Notes under the pieces: model-generated
Database searches by the model: none
What the model was told of the DNA's origin: nothing
The model's input: only the letters and a program-made list of their open reading frames with translations
Part shown: positions 27,076 to 40,810 of the stretch, one piece after another
How the letters are laid out: each line of letters begins with the position of its first letter
Numbering within the stretch: position 1 is the stretch's first letter
Made by a program: the position numbers and the translations under genes
Assembly: GCA_973895155.1 (NCBI GenBank)
Contig: OZ316895.1
Location: forward strand, 11,909,829 to 11,973,828
Origin: Marsupella aquatica
Taxonomy: Eukaryota; Plantae; Marchantiophyta
Direction: 5' to 3'
Length of the DNA: 64,000 nt

Positions 27076-30000
27076 CTAGATATTGAGGCCGAGGCTGCTG
27101 TATGTGGGGAAAGAGTTCAAGGCCTTCACATAATGAAACTCAATCTGCAATTTCCGATAGATTGACATCTGACAACTCTTTCCGCCTGTACATTTCTTCG
27201 CTTCGAGCTCCACCTCACGAAGTTGTATTGCGGCAAAAAATCCCTTGACGAATTGCCGACAGGCACCCTTTCCTCCGTATACAATTTCTCCATTGGAAAC
27301 CTCAGCACCGTTCGTTTCACAAACAATTTCACCGGCTCCTGTTTCTACTTCCGCTTTGTCACCCTTCTCGCTGGAGACGGCAATCTCTGTAACTGCTGTT
27401 GGTGCCGCCGTCTGAACTTTCGAGTCCTTCGAGTCTTTCGACTCTTTCAAGTCTTTCGAGTCTTTCGAGTCCTTTGGTTTGACAGGAACGCTAGACAAAG
27501 TAGTAGTCTCATCGAAATGCAGTATGTATGCCTGACTACAGCCCTCGTATAGCCGCTCCCCTAACGTGTCGATGATGTAGCAGCAATCTTCTTCCAATCT
27601 CAGAACAAAGAAGTGGTCGTTCCAGCTGACGATGTACATCGCTGGCCCACATCTTTCTATCGCATCCCAAATTTCATCAAAAGTCATGGCCTCCTTCAGG
27701 AAGTCAAATTCTCCCAAATCCCCCACTCTCTCAGGCTGAAAGAACCCTACAAAAGACCTGTCCGATACAGCTTTCAGTGGTCGCACTTCTGCCTTCAGAA
27801 CAGTGTCCAGATCAAAATGCCGGTCAGGGAACCGTTCCTTAAATTCCTCCACCTCACAAAGCTTCCTCCATTCGGTAGACCCATCGCGGATCAGAATGTC
27901 AAACTCAGCCTTGCTCGGCATGAGGCCGGGGTGGGTATTCAGCCAGTCGGCAATGACTGCGACAAGGGCAGTGCAAGCACTCTCGCCCGCTGCACTCTCG
28001 CTACGTTGGTCAAAGGAAGCGAAGAAGACATTCGCTGACAGTTTGAACTTCCCGTCTCTGCTGATAAATTCTTTGATTTCCCAGCTTCCCACGGTGAAAA
28101 GCTCGTCACCAAAATCCAAAACTTCGGTCGCATTTGAGGACGTTGCAGAGAGACCCTCTCCACTGTGGTATGACTGCAGACAACAATTACAGAATCAGAC
28201 ACAAATGCCTTGCATATCTCCAACCACTGTAGTGCAAGTATTGAGATGCCCGAAATGTCCCTGTCTGACCACATCCCAATCCGACAAATGCACAGAGAAA
28301 GAGCAACAACGTTTGCCCAACACGACAATCATCTCTACATGACACTGTTGATATCGTAATGCACACCGCAGAGGCAAGGATAGCGGAAACGACGGAGAGC
28401 GAATTCCCAGTTCAGCCCACAAAATCACTAACTTCAGCATCACATCTAGCCTGACGTTATAATATGCATATTCGGCAAGGCCTGGATAGGGAGATCGCCA
28501 ACATTCATGCACAAACAGCCTTTGTATCTCGCATACTTACGAGTAAGAGGCGTTTCTCATCCGAGCAGACAGCATCCGACTGTCGTCGATCCCAATCAAT
28601 CTCATCACCACCTTCTTCACCGTAAGATTTGTTCAAGAGTGGCTCCCCTCTCGATCGAGGCGAAGACCCGAAAGGAATTTTCCTCTTCTTCCCCCACATC
28701 CACTTGTTGCGGAAAGACAACGGGCTCTGACGCGAGGACTCGATCTCCGGGGCAGTCGGCTCTTCAGAAACTGCAGTCTTCGGATAGGCTGCGGACGTGG
28801 CCCTACTGTGGACTGTCATCACCTGACTGTCCTCGGGAACGACATTTGAGTCCCTGTGGAAAGGAATTACTTCCTCGGCTACAAGATTTGCACCCGCGAG
28901 GGTTCCATAACTAATCGTTTTCTCGAGCAGGACCTCATGTCCGTCGTCAATGTAGTCCTCGACGTCAGAATCTAAGAGTGAGTCGGAATCGAAAGGATTG
29001 TCCGAACCACGTGAACTCCCTTCACTGTAAGGAGACTTCCCTCCACTGCGAGACGGGGACACCGTGCAGTCCAACTCGAGGGAAACCTTCTTTTTAGATT
29101 TTAACGTCAATACTTTAAGAGGGCTGCCTTTCTTTCCCGATGCCGTGACGATTGACTTTTCATCGTCGCTCTCCCACATCGGCTCGCCTATGCAGGCGAT
29201 GGCTGGGGCCATCAGCCTGTGAACGCTCTCGAATCCCTCGAACGCTGTACGGAGTTCGATGAAGGCGATCGACATCTGCAGTCACGAGGAGAAGCACGCA
29301 TTTAGCCCCGACTTCTCACGGCGCAATTGCAACTGTGAAGGGAATTGTGAAGAGGTTGCGACGCAAATGGAGAAAGCAGAGTGTGCTCTTTGAAGTCAAG
29401 GAGCAAAACTGAGAAAAAAAAAGGATGTAGAACCCAGGAGAGACCAAATACAGCAGCACGCAGACGCTTACCTTCCCCTACATAGATATACCTAGAGGAT
29501 TACTTCATCCACTAACGGACAAAGACTAATAGAGAGAAGTACCGGCGGAGCCGTAGCACTTGTGTGACATTTGGCCTTCTAAAAGAAAGCAAAGTGAAGG
29601 CGAAGTTCTGTGACAGGGAACTTACCAACAGAGTTGCGTCCATGTTCGATCCGCCAAAGTTGCAAGTAATAGGAAAGCTTCTCAAGTTCTCATCAGCTAT
29701 GCCTTTGGCAGCATTGCCTGCAAATGAACCCAAGTCTACCGGAACTGTGCCGACGACGATAGGCTTCGCTCTGAGAGCACCAGACGTACGCTACATAACC
29801 AAACGAGCGCGATGGTCAATACACGGCTCAGAAGACAGAAACAACGTGCACACAATCGGAATCATTCGACCTTCAAGATAAAAACGCTGAGACGAAGCCC
29901 ATATATACCTTGAAGACTGACACGGTGATGGGCCAAGTTTGGAAAGCTCCGTCTTTAGCCAAGCTGAAACCACACATGTTCTCGAAGTTATGATCCCATT

Positions 30001-30232
30001 CTACAACTCCGTCACTCCCCAAAGCCACTGACCGGCTGTGAGGTCTCTTCATGACGAAGCGGGATCCGAGCGAGCCCCATGGACCTTTCCACTTGACGTT
30101 CGCGAAGAGCCTGATATTTTCCTCGCCGACTTCTTCCACCGAAAGACCCTCCAGGCTATGAAGCATGATGTTCACTTGGTATTTCTTGGTTCCTGTCGGT
30201 CGTATAGGCCACCTCATCACATTGAGGCCCAT
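27076..30232 (-). CDS. Plant NT-type C2 domain protein (EEIG1/EHBP1 N-terminal-like C2) with conserved C-terminal domain; join(30232-29909, 29790-29626, 29275-28541, 28173-27076), ~773 aa
   Basis: Four exons of 324, 165, 735 and 1098 bp, all multiples of 3, with GT..AG sites (AAG/GTATAT, TGTAG, GTAAG, TGCAG, GTAAGT, TGCAG). Family motifs include KWKG..GVVEW..F, GEPLL.K.YGEEGGDEID.DRRQ, F.VGSWE..SRDG, DQRSE.AAGESACTALVAVIADW and YIVSWNDHFFVL..YIIDTLGERLYEGC.QAYIL. Confidence 0.88.
27420..27476 (-). repeat. Coding 9-bp tandem repeat (KDSKDSKDLKESKDSKDSK)
   Basis: TTCGAGTCT-type units inside the last exon of the NT-C2 gene. Confidence 0.85.
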
Positions 30233-32702
30233 GGTCGGAACACTCTCGATGATCAATGTGACTCCACTGTCAACAACGCACCCTCGATAATTTGCACCCT
30301 TCCAACAACGCAATGTAAGGCAATGATCGCAGCTCCTATCTGGTCGGTCTCTCGTCCTCCAATCTGCGACTCGGTCCAGCCCGCCTACTTCTTAAAAGCA
30401 TCCGAACAACTGAAAGTTACTGTCACTAAATTGCTCACCCCTCTTCACATGATAATGAATCACAGCTCTGGTGATTCTTGTTTCTTCTCTCCCTCAATCT
30501 TCCTGTCCCCCTGTCTCCTCACGCAGCTTCCATTCGAACCTCCCCTATTTTCAGTCGTGTTCTCCAGAAAAACAAACTTCCTGTCCTAAACTCGTTCGCT
30601 CACACACGACCTGTAGGCAAAATCATCCTGCTTACTCGGTTGCAAGAATAAAATTCCGCTTCTTGCGTTCCCACGAGCCTCTACCTTGAAAAGCTCTCTA
30701 ATCCTCCTCTTCTCCCTCCGTCACGATTCCATCGTTCATTTCCCTCCTATTGTCACACGCTCGCTGCTGTTGTTGTATCTTCATCAATCATATTCCGTAC
30801 GGGAGATAAAATTACCCAGAGTGTATCTCCCACGGCTTCTTCACACTCGTCACTTCCCTTACTTCCTTGTTTCGCTCCTTCGCTCTCGCACGTGGAGCTC
30901 ACCAACGACCCTGTCTCCGTCTCTCGAAAGAGTTCCACCACCTCTACTTCTCTCTCCTCCTCACGAGTCTCACCTCTGCCTGCCGCTCTCACACCGTTCT
31001 GTCGATCGTCTAGTTGGTGGCGTACCCCACCACAACTGTTGCATCAGTCCACAATACTCCCCGCAGGAAAACTTCGGCAACAAATGTAAGCTCGGGTCTG
31101 CTTCCTCCGTCTTGTCTCTTTCTCTGACCACTTCGCTCTTGCCTATGCCCTCTCTTTCTCCCTCCTCTCTCGTCGAAGCAACGGCTACGTCTCCTACCTC
31201 TCGTCTCTTTCGCACTACCCGACCTCTCCTCTCCTAATACACTACTCTCTTTCGACCCACTCGCCTATCTCTCCGCGAGCGGCACTCGAGTAAGGTATGT
31301 CTGCTGCTGCTGCTGCGTCTCTTCGAGTACGGCATATGTTTTGTCGAACTGCGGTTGTTGTTGTTGTGGAGAAAACCTTTTCCTCGTCACTCCACATTAC
31401 AGTTCTGCCTCGCTCCTCTCGCAGCACACGCGATGCTCCGGTTCGTTCTTTGTTCGCATTTCCGCGTCTCGCTAGCACCGCTCGTCCCAACCCCACGCCT
31501 CCGCTTCCCACGTTTGTCCGCCCCACCAATTGCCTCTCTCGACCTTGTCTGCACCGCGTTAATTAGGACTCTATAGTAGTCTATACCCATGCCCCGCCTT
31601 CCCCCTACAATCACCGGATACCCTCTTTCGCTCTTCTTTTCTGGCCTCTCCCTCTATGCCAGGATGAAGCTATGCGGATCTCCCGGGAAGTCTCGCTCGA
31701 TCCCTACCACTGTCCTACCCTTCACTACTTGTTCGTTGCGGGTGGGCTCCGCCGCTTCCCCTAAAAAGCCGTGGGCTCACTCGCTCGCCCCTCTCTCTCT
31801 CTCTCGCTCTCTCCGTCGCTGCACACCTTTTCAACGCGGATTTCTCATTCCATCTACAGTGCAGCTACCACACCTCTGTCCCTTCCCCTTTCCGTCTCCG
31901 GCTCTCTCTCTCTACTTGCCTACCCGTTGTCTTTGCGCTGGCTCGCTCGTCACTCTCTCAACACACCACTCCGTCCATGTCAAGTCATGTCAACACAACA
32001 CGCACCTTCGATCAAACCCTCGAGACAAAATTCGCATCACCAAACCTTCTTTCCTCGTTTCGGTCCTACTCTTCTCCGGCTTTCTTCTCCCACCTCCTCA
32101 CTCGCATTCAACTCCTTCCTCGAGACGACGATCGGACAACCGACACAGCGCTCCTCGTCGCATTCCGTGATTCCACCAAAGCACATTACCAACTCACTTC
32201 ATTCCGTTCCGCTCCGCTCCGCTCCATTCCGTGTAGTCCAGTCTAGTCTAGTCGAGACGAGACGAGTGGAGTGGAGTCTAGGGTAGACGACGATGATTGA
32301 TGGATGAGCCGGTGTGAGAAACGAAGCAACGAAGAAACACATAGAAAACAACAAGGAACACCGCACAAAGCACAAAGCACAAAGCAACAACGATATACTG
32401 TAAGAGGAGGGAAATTGTTATGCTCGCGACCTACGCAGCGGAAATTATTACTTTACTAGTTGAGCGCGTGCTCGTCTACCCGGAACAATTGGACAAAGGT
32501 CACCCCGTGAGTTTCGAGCCTTTGACTTGTCGCGCGTCCCGAGGCTAAATATAATAATAACAGGAAGCATATGGCAGGCAGAATGCTAATAAGTAGGTGT
32601 AACTCATGGAAGAAAGACATCTCAAGAAACAAAGAATGGTAGATGCATCATATCATATATCTTTTCAATTATATTTCATTCTATGTTTATTTATATCTTT
32701 TA

Positions 32703-33190
32703 CTAGCCTTATGCTAATGCGTTGCATAGAAGATGTTGAGGTGATAAAAAGATTTTAATGAGAAAGATATCAAGGTGAAAAAAGATATCATGACAGAAAT
32801 ACATGTTGAGACAAGCAAAAGATGTAAAGATGAAAAAAAATGTGGAAGAGGTAAAAAAATATCCAGGTGAGAGAAAAATGTTGTGATGAGATACACATGT
32901 CAAGGTGAAACAAAGGTAAAAAGATTGAGATGAGAAAATATGGTAAGATGAGAAAGAAATATAAATATGTATAGGAGAGAAAAATGGTTGTGTTGAAATA
33001 AAGATATCAATGTGAGAAAAAAATGACTAGATGAAAAAAAGATGTCAAGGTAAAATAAACAAAGCATAGTTATTGTGATGGTGTTCAATAACCCGTGCTT
33101 ATAAATTGGAAACGTGAAATTAGGATCACTGTATCATAGAGTCCAAGCACAACCAAGTGATAAGAAAATATCAAAAATAATTTTTTAATG
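32703..33190 (-). mobile_element. Non-autonomous Helitron-like repeat, copy C
   Basis: The minus strand ends ..TGCAACGCATTAGCATAAGGCTAG|T. It shares the unit array and the upstream TTATCACTTGGTTGTG..TTATTGAACAC with copy D. Confidence 0.65.
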
Positions 33191-36100
33191 AAGGGTTACA
33201 ATTGGTTGACACTTTCTATTGAGTTGGTAAAGAGAAGTCTCTTTGACTCTAGAGCATTGATAGAGGCCCCACATTTCCTTTGTCCTGTTGGATCTCTTCT
33301 TGCTTGGTCACTGTGCACTATATTTTCATTCAAACTAAATTAAATAAAAATTATTATTACTTCTCTTTTGTTAGATTCTTTTATGTTTCTCATTTGGAGT
33401 GCACTTCAAATTTGAATGACAACCACTCTATAAAAACGCACAACCTTGCATTATAGCTTCTGATATATACCTATCAATCTACTAGCTGAGCACGGATACA
33501 TAGCACACAAGTTGCAAAAGCAAAAGTTGTTACACCAAAAATGTAATTGTGAAAATGATGTCAAGTATGCACACACACAAAATTATGCTAAGATGATATT
33601 AACAAATTAATGACATTGTGCAAAAGATTGCTAGTCTATAAGCAAAACATTTGTATTCAAAAAACAGCTTCTCCTCTATTTCCCTAAAGGAGGAAACCCC
33701 ACCATACAATAGGCAAAAGAACACAAGTATAGCCTTTTAAAAACAAATCAATGACAGATCCCCAAAAATTGTGTCCCCCCCTCCCTAAAAAAACTGGAGA
33801 TAATAACTACCTGTGGTTATCCATATTTTTCTCCCCATATATAGCAGTCATGCCCATAGATTGAGAGTACATTGTGCCTATAATTATAGCTTGCATTTCT
33901 TGTGCCACTTTGTTGGATGTGTTCACTACACTATATCACTCTATTAGACCTTTTCATGTACATTGTACTCCATTTATTTTAGGCATGAATTACTATAGGC
34001 CATAGCCTTCCCAATTTTACATAATCTCATTGCCCAACAAACTGAGATTAAGGCAAAACAAGGCAAGACAGTTAGGAAATAAGACAAGTCAAGAATATTG
34101 CCTGCATCATTTTTTTAATTTTAAAAACAAAGTCTACGCTGAAAATCAGTACTTATACAGGATGCCTTGAAATATTCTTAAAATTTATTTACATGGCAAA
34201 ATTCTAGGGTTTTACAAGTACCTCAAACATATTTTGTTAGTTCAGCCCAAAACTTTGTATTAGTTATTGAAAGATTTGAGAGGATCCTATGTATATGCAA
34301 AATCATTGCATAAATTAGCTTACCACTGGCCCCTACTGAAGTTGTTAGAGCATAAGTTCCTAATGCCAAATTTGGCCCCAATGGATCCACCTCTAAAATA
34401 TGTTTGAGCATGGATCCTTTTCCTTTCACTTGCATTTTGCCATCTATCTATCAAAGTCATAAGCAAAGTTCCTATTTGTTGCTAAACGTCATATTTGAAG
34501 CTCCAATGTAATAATAGTATTAACTAGAGGGCAGAGAATATGCTACGTAGGTGGAAGTCATGATAGGAAGCATGTCCAAAACAACAGAAAGGCATACGCA
34601 TCATTTTTTATTTTGGTTTTTGGTTTTTTTGGAGAAGCGATGACACGCAAAGTTGATTAAGAGCCACCGCAGCAAAAACCAGTGGGAAAAGAAAACGACA
34701 AGCCCAAAGGGCAAGAGCACACGACAGCAATCATAGGGACCAGAGCGCAGGTCACACAAGGCAGCAACGAGGCAACATTAAAAGCCCTGGCTTCAAAACA
34801 CTGACTAAATGACCTTGGTATGTGAATGAAACGAGATCAACCATCTGGTCACAGAAAGGCCGTGAGTCGAGTACCTAATTTGTTTGATGAGAGTTATACT
34901 TTTGTCTCTTTGGATCTAGGGATATCTAGCATAGTCCTAAATTGCCCATGATCAAGAGTATGGTCTGGAGGACAATGTTTTTCAGAGCTAAATTGACATT
35001 CTCCTTTGTTGTGGTGCTTGCCATAATGATGCATACGCCTTTCTATAACCACTCCTCCATACTCCATCCTTGTGCCCAAAGAGGCATGGCTGTGTGATAG
35101 CTCACTTGAGTAATGACTCATAGGTCTTGGGTTCAAAAGTTGTGATTGGCTGATCCCTTTTTGTGGGGTTTCACAGATTTTTCCTTAATTAAAAATAAAT
35201 AAATAAATTTTAAAATACTCCAACCTTATCTGTAATTCTCATGCCAATAAGAGAATACCTTCTAATTCTCATTCTAGACTCATACATCAGGAATCCTTAC
35301 AAGAAAAGTATGAGTTCTCGATGTAGATGTGTCAGTCGTGTTGAAGTGATCAGTGAGAGTTCTACCTAAGCACCGGGTTTTTTTTTTGGCACATCATATT
35401 TTTTCGGTCATCATATTGTATCATTATATAATTGTTTCACCTACAGTCTATTTTGTATTCATCTATATCTTCTATTCTATATTTATGTATCTACTAGTAA
35501 TGCGGTCAGCAAGATTGACCAGATTTTGATTTCCATTGCCGGACACATGTGTTTTCTGAACATGTTTTGTCCCATTATTGTAGAACTATATGTATTTGTT
35601 AGAAGGAAACTAATTGTCTTAACCCACTTTAATGGCTTAGAACTGAGAAATTAAGTGGGGTAATAAATTATGAGGTATATAATACCGAGCAACATCATAC
35701 CTAAAGAACAAAGTAGATATTATTGCGGACAACAATACACAAGCCCTTAAACAAGATCTTGACCGGAGACGGAATTTGGACCAAATTCCACTTGCCCGTT
35801 GGACACACCGACCGATCAATAGAGAAAATCTTGTTGTTGTTGGGTGTGTTAACGCTATTCACATCTTGGAATAGTTCTTTTGTCTTGTGTATTATATTAA
35901 GAGATTTTTTTCAACATTAGTGAATGTTAACGGTGAAGGACGAACATACTAAGAAGATTTTCTATCTCGATTTGTCGAGAAAGTTGGACCAGCCAGGATT
36001 TTAGGGTATCCAACCTATAATAACTGACTAATGGTAAATTACATTGTTTGTGTAATTGTAAATGTCATAACTATTTAACTGTGATCTCCTGAATAGAAAT

Positions 36101-38939
36101 TCAAAGCCCCCATGGACCACATTTCCCAAAATTTGAATTTAATTGTAATAACTTGATATTCATAAACCCAAATATTTTTTAGTTTTGGGGATATGCTAGA
36201 GGAGTAGATAAGCTGCAATTCCATTAAAGTGAGCAAAATTTTGGCAGTTTTGGTGGAGTTTTTCATCATCAAGTGCAAAGAGGTAAATTCATTTAGATTA
36301 ATTTCATTGTCTCAATATAAAATATATGGACTTGTGTCTTTTTAAATATTCTCCTTCTCTAGTTGCAGTATAAGTTCAAAACTAATATTATGTTTGGGCT
36401 CGTATCATCAAGTCATGGGCCCATATTTCCATGGACCACCACCATGTGGTCCACTGTAGCACAATCCTTCAGTCTTTCTAAGCAGTCTTGCACACTAATA
36501 AGTACATGATTACATATCACCAATATAAAACAGTGATTTGTTGTTAATCTCCTTTAAAATTATTGAAATGTTTTACTAAACAAATCCATGTATGATTCTG
36601 ATAATATAACTTGGTTTTTATACTATATAACTTGGTTTTCATTACATATTTATAAAATTTTGAATTTTCATATATGTATTTTAGCATAGAGATTCAAAAA
36701 TGTATTATGTAGAATGAATTGAAAACCAGATTATCAATACAATTGAAAATAAACAGGATTTCTTAATCAAACATTTTATTAATCAACATGAGATTAATAT
36801 TAAATAATTTTTAGAGTACTTTTAAAGATTTGTAGTTGCAGCCATATTATAGTGTGTGAGGGGTATTTAGGCACAGAGACTAACTAAATTATGATACTAA
36901 TTATGGTAAAGGGTGTAGTGAAGAGAGTTTTCCCCCTCCAATTCCCAACGAATTAAAAACTGTGGTGTGATTTAGGGGAGATTGACAAGAACTCTGCTGG
37001 TATCTTTTTTTTTCTATCTCAAATCCATGCTTACTTAGTCATTCAAATGCAGAAAGAAGCCATGAATTTGCAAAAGTTTCCTTCACATAAAGTTTAGGGC
37101 ACAATTTGAGAATACCAATAAAAAACCACTAGCTATCATATTCACCTGCTACTTTTTGACTGATGTGACCAAGATCTTCCATCAAAAACTTGCTCTGCCT
37201 CTTTGGCCTTCTATTGAGTATCTTGCATTTGGGGGTAATGAACCTATGGTTGGTCATTCTCTCCTAAATTTGGACTTTCTTTGGTCTTGTAAGGGAGGGC
37301 TTTACAAGAACTGGGGATACAAAATCACTAATCAATCATTGCAAATATGAGGTTCATAGCATACACTAGATTTAAATTGCCTGAGCAACAATATATCAAG
37401 TATGGGGAAAATGATTGCTGGATATGTACATGACTGCTTTTTTTGTAAGTCTCTTCTATCAATGAAGAAATGCACTTGAATTAAAACAAAAGAAAGACAT
37501 AATTTGAACTTGACAATGAAACCTTCATAAATTCTAGGTTTAACAGGTTTCTCCAGAACTGTGACGCTGTGCATGGGGCAAGATGAAACATTATTTTAGA
37601 GGTTTACATAAAATATTTTGTTCGAGGATAGGCTGGCCAGTCAAAGGAACTAAAAAAGTCTTTACATTGAATGGATGCTCAAATGGACCACAATGTTTGA
37701 TGCACAGACTGAGAGGGAACAGGCAATTTTTAACACACAAACATTCATTGGGCATTAAGGCAAAGAAAATATTTTGGAGTAAAGATGTGACATTTTAGGA
37801 CTCAGCAAACCAGAATATTGTTGTGTTTACTAAAACAAATACCTAAGGAGAAAAGGTTTTATCAACAAATAATTTTGTAAAGAAGACAAACAAAGAATAC
37901 AGAATTAGAAGCCTTGATACATCTTACATGCCCATACACATCGCTACACAACATACATTGCATGTCACACACATTTAAACATAAACACAAACAAACATAA
38001 GAGAATGAGATACAAGTAAAAGGCATGTGCACACATGTCAAAAACCCACAATCTCCCCCTAGTTTGGAGTAAGGTCCCCTAACTGTAGCTAGTCATGAGT
38101 TCCACAAGGTTGATATACACCTTTTTAAAAGTCTTCATATGTGTGCTATCTGAATATTCTAGGGCTTTGATACATTTGGAGGGATAGACTGTCTAGGTTA
38201 TTGCTTTGTAATGGCTTGAGGGCCTCAAATTTTAATGTTGAGCCGTCAAGCATGAGCTCTTACAACTTTGGAGTGGTCGGCCAGGTTGCGTGAATATGAA
38301 CATGGATTCCTTCAGTGCAAGATGCATTGGGCTTGACATAATTATGTGTGCGATTGGATCAGGCATGGATCAATTGTGTAAGCCCTAGAAACTGCAAAAC
38401 AAGCAATTGTGGATTTGAAAACATAGAGCATCTATTCTACAGCTGAAATGAAGTTAATTTGAGGTAGCAGGCGATTAAGGTGCTCCTCAGATGAAACCAC
38501 TACACTTATTTACCTCAGTCACTAAATATGTCATATTTTGATGTGCACTTATTGGGACCCCGGCCAGTTCCGCCTTAAATTATATTACATGTCTTCTACT
38601 ATAATATCCCATCCCGTTCATTTTAGTCCTTTGTCCCATTACAAAATCACACTTGGCAGGATTGATCTGTGGCCGTTTGATCATGTCATCACTTTTTCCT
38701 GACCTTTGATCAGGAAAAGCCTGGATCACCTTGCTGTGTACTCATGTGTGCCCCAACGTGCCCTAGGTGGCAAAGACAAATCCTTACTCCCCCATTTGGC
38801 TTGCCCTGGCCCAGGCAAGTAAAGGCCACACCTGGCTTGCTTCATTCCTTTCTGCACACCTTTCTGCTTGGTACACTCAGTACTTTTGTCTCAATGGTGA
38901 GGGTACAACATCACCGGATATTAAATTTACAATGAGTTA

Positions 38940-39703
38940 ATGTTCCCCCACTTCCCTGGGGTTTTGTACACTGCCCATCCCAGTCCCCGATATTGCTGCC
39001 GCTCTCACCCAAGTTTGCCAAAACATAAATCAAGACTCTTCTATTTTGTCACCCGTTCCGGCCCGATCAACTTTGTGTCATCGACTTTGGGTTTATGTTT
39101 TGGCACCTTTCATTTGTTGTCGCCTGCTCCGGCCCGATCGATTTTCTGTCATCAACTCCTTCCTTGTGGAATCTTGGTTTACGTTATGACAACACTTCTT
39201 TCCAACGGAGTCAAGTTTGCTTTGTAATAGAGTCTAAATGTTGCAGAGTCAAGATTGATGGTCTTGGTTAATGTTTTGCCAATGCTTCTTCTCTATGGAG
39301 TCATGGTTATGTTTTGGCAACACTTCTTTCCAATGGATTCATGGTTGTTTAGTAATAGAGTCCAAGTGTTAAGGCAAAGCCTAGTACTTTGGATAAGAGT
39401 CAATAATGATTAATAATAGAGTCTTTGTTTATGTTCTAGCAAACTTGGGCGGGAGTGGGTCGGGGGAGTGGGTCGGGGGAGTGGGCAGCAGCATTGGGGA
39501 CTTGGGCCGGAGTGGGTGAAAACAAGTGATGGGTGCCAGAACATAAACATAAACCTGAAGTCGATGGCACAAAGCTGACTGGGCCGGAGCGGATGTCAAA
39601 ATGGTAGTCTTGGTTTATGTTTTGGCAAACTTTGGCCGTAATGGGCAGCACCATTGGGGACTAGGACGAGAAATGTACAGGGCCCCAAGAAAGTGGGGAA
39701 CAT
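38940..39703. mobile_element. Mutator-like non-autonomous foldback element with ~200-bp TIRs
   Basis: 38940-39140 is the imperfect reverse complement of ~39500-39703 (ATGTTCCCC..GGGGAACAT; GCCAAAACATAAA..TTTATGTTTTGGC). Candidate 9-bp TSD AATGAGTTA/TATGCGTTA matches 7/9. Confidence 0.7.
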
Positions 39704-40249
39704 TATGCGTTATAGATTTAACACGCGGTTACACCATCTCCTCGCACTCCCTACACACCATCTACACTCATTCATGACAATTTCAGGGGACGTGGATGAC
39801 TTCCTACCCATATTCCCTTTTGGATGCAAAACATTGATGAATGCAGGAATAAATTTAAAAACTATTCAGATTTAAAAACAATTCAAATAAAATTGTGAGA
39901 GTATATTCTATCCATTTCTTGCGTCCTCCAATTTTTTCTTTGGTACAAATATCAACAAAAATAGAATTGGCAACAAAGTGCAACTTGGTAGTAATAAAAT
40001 GAAGTGAAAAAGTGAGATAAACCGAGAAAACTCATGAATATTCTCATATTCTCATAGTTTGGAGATGAGTGAGAACATGTGAAAATGTTTTTAATCTAGG
40101 GCCAGATGAAAAATTAGTTGTTACTTAACTAATTAAAATTTAATTATTAAAATTAAAATTTAAAGAATTTAATATTAGCTTTCAATTTATGGAAAAACTT
40201 GAGCATAGATAATATAGATAATGTTTATTTCTCTACAATTTAAAGAAAT

Positions 40250-40810
40250 AATCATTTTTTATCACTTGGTTGTGTTTGGTTGCAGTGTGACCGTTGTCTC
40301 ACTTCCCCCATTATTATGTACAATGCACATGTTATTGAACACTATCATAACTATTTTATTTTGCCTTGACATTTTTTTCTTATTTTGCCATTTTTTCTCA
40401 CCACTATAGTTTTTTCTCAACTTGACATCTTACCCTTTTCTCACCTCGACATCTTTACCTCACCGATCACAACATCTTTTCGCTCCTCAACATCTTTTTC
40501 CTCACGTTACATCTACTTTTCACCTCACCATTTTCTTTTTCTTGACATCTTTTTCTCACCTCAATTTCTTTTCCTGACCTTGACATCTCACCTTCTTCTC
40601 ATCTTGATGTCTTTATCTCACCACAACATAGTTTGCTTACCTTGGACATTTTTTCTCTCCTTGACATATTTTTTGCATTTTTACATTTTTTTCTCACCTT
40701 GTCATCTTTTTCTCACTTCAGTTTCTTTTCCTCACCTCAACATTTCTTTTTCTCACTGATATCTTTTTTTTGTCTCAATGTCTTTTGTGCTATTCACAGA
40801 CATTGGCTAG
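40250..40810 (+). mobile_element. Non-autonomous Helitron-like repeat, copy D
   Basis: TTTTCTCACCTTGACAT unit array ending ..CATTGGCTAG|T. Confidence 0.65.

Noticed and set aside
30686-32286. Several 170-190 aa Ser/Leu/Pro-rich ORFs
   Set aside because: They are by-products of CT-rich low-complexity sequence and show no recognisable domain.
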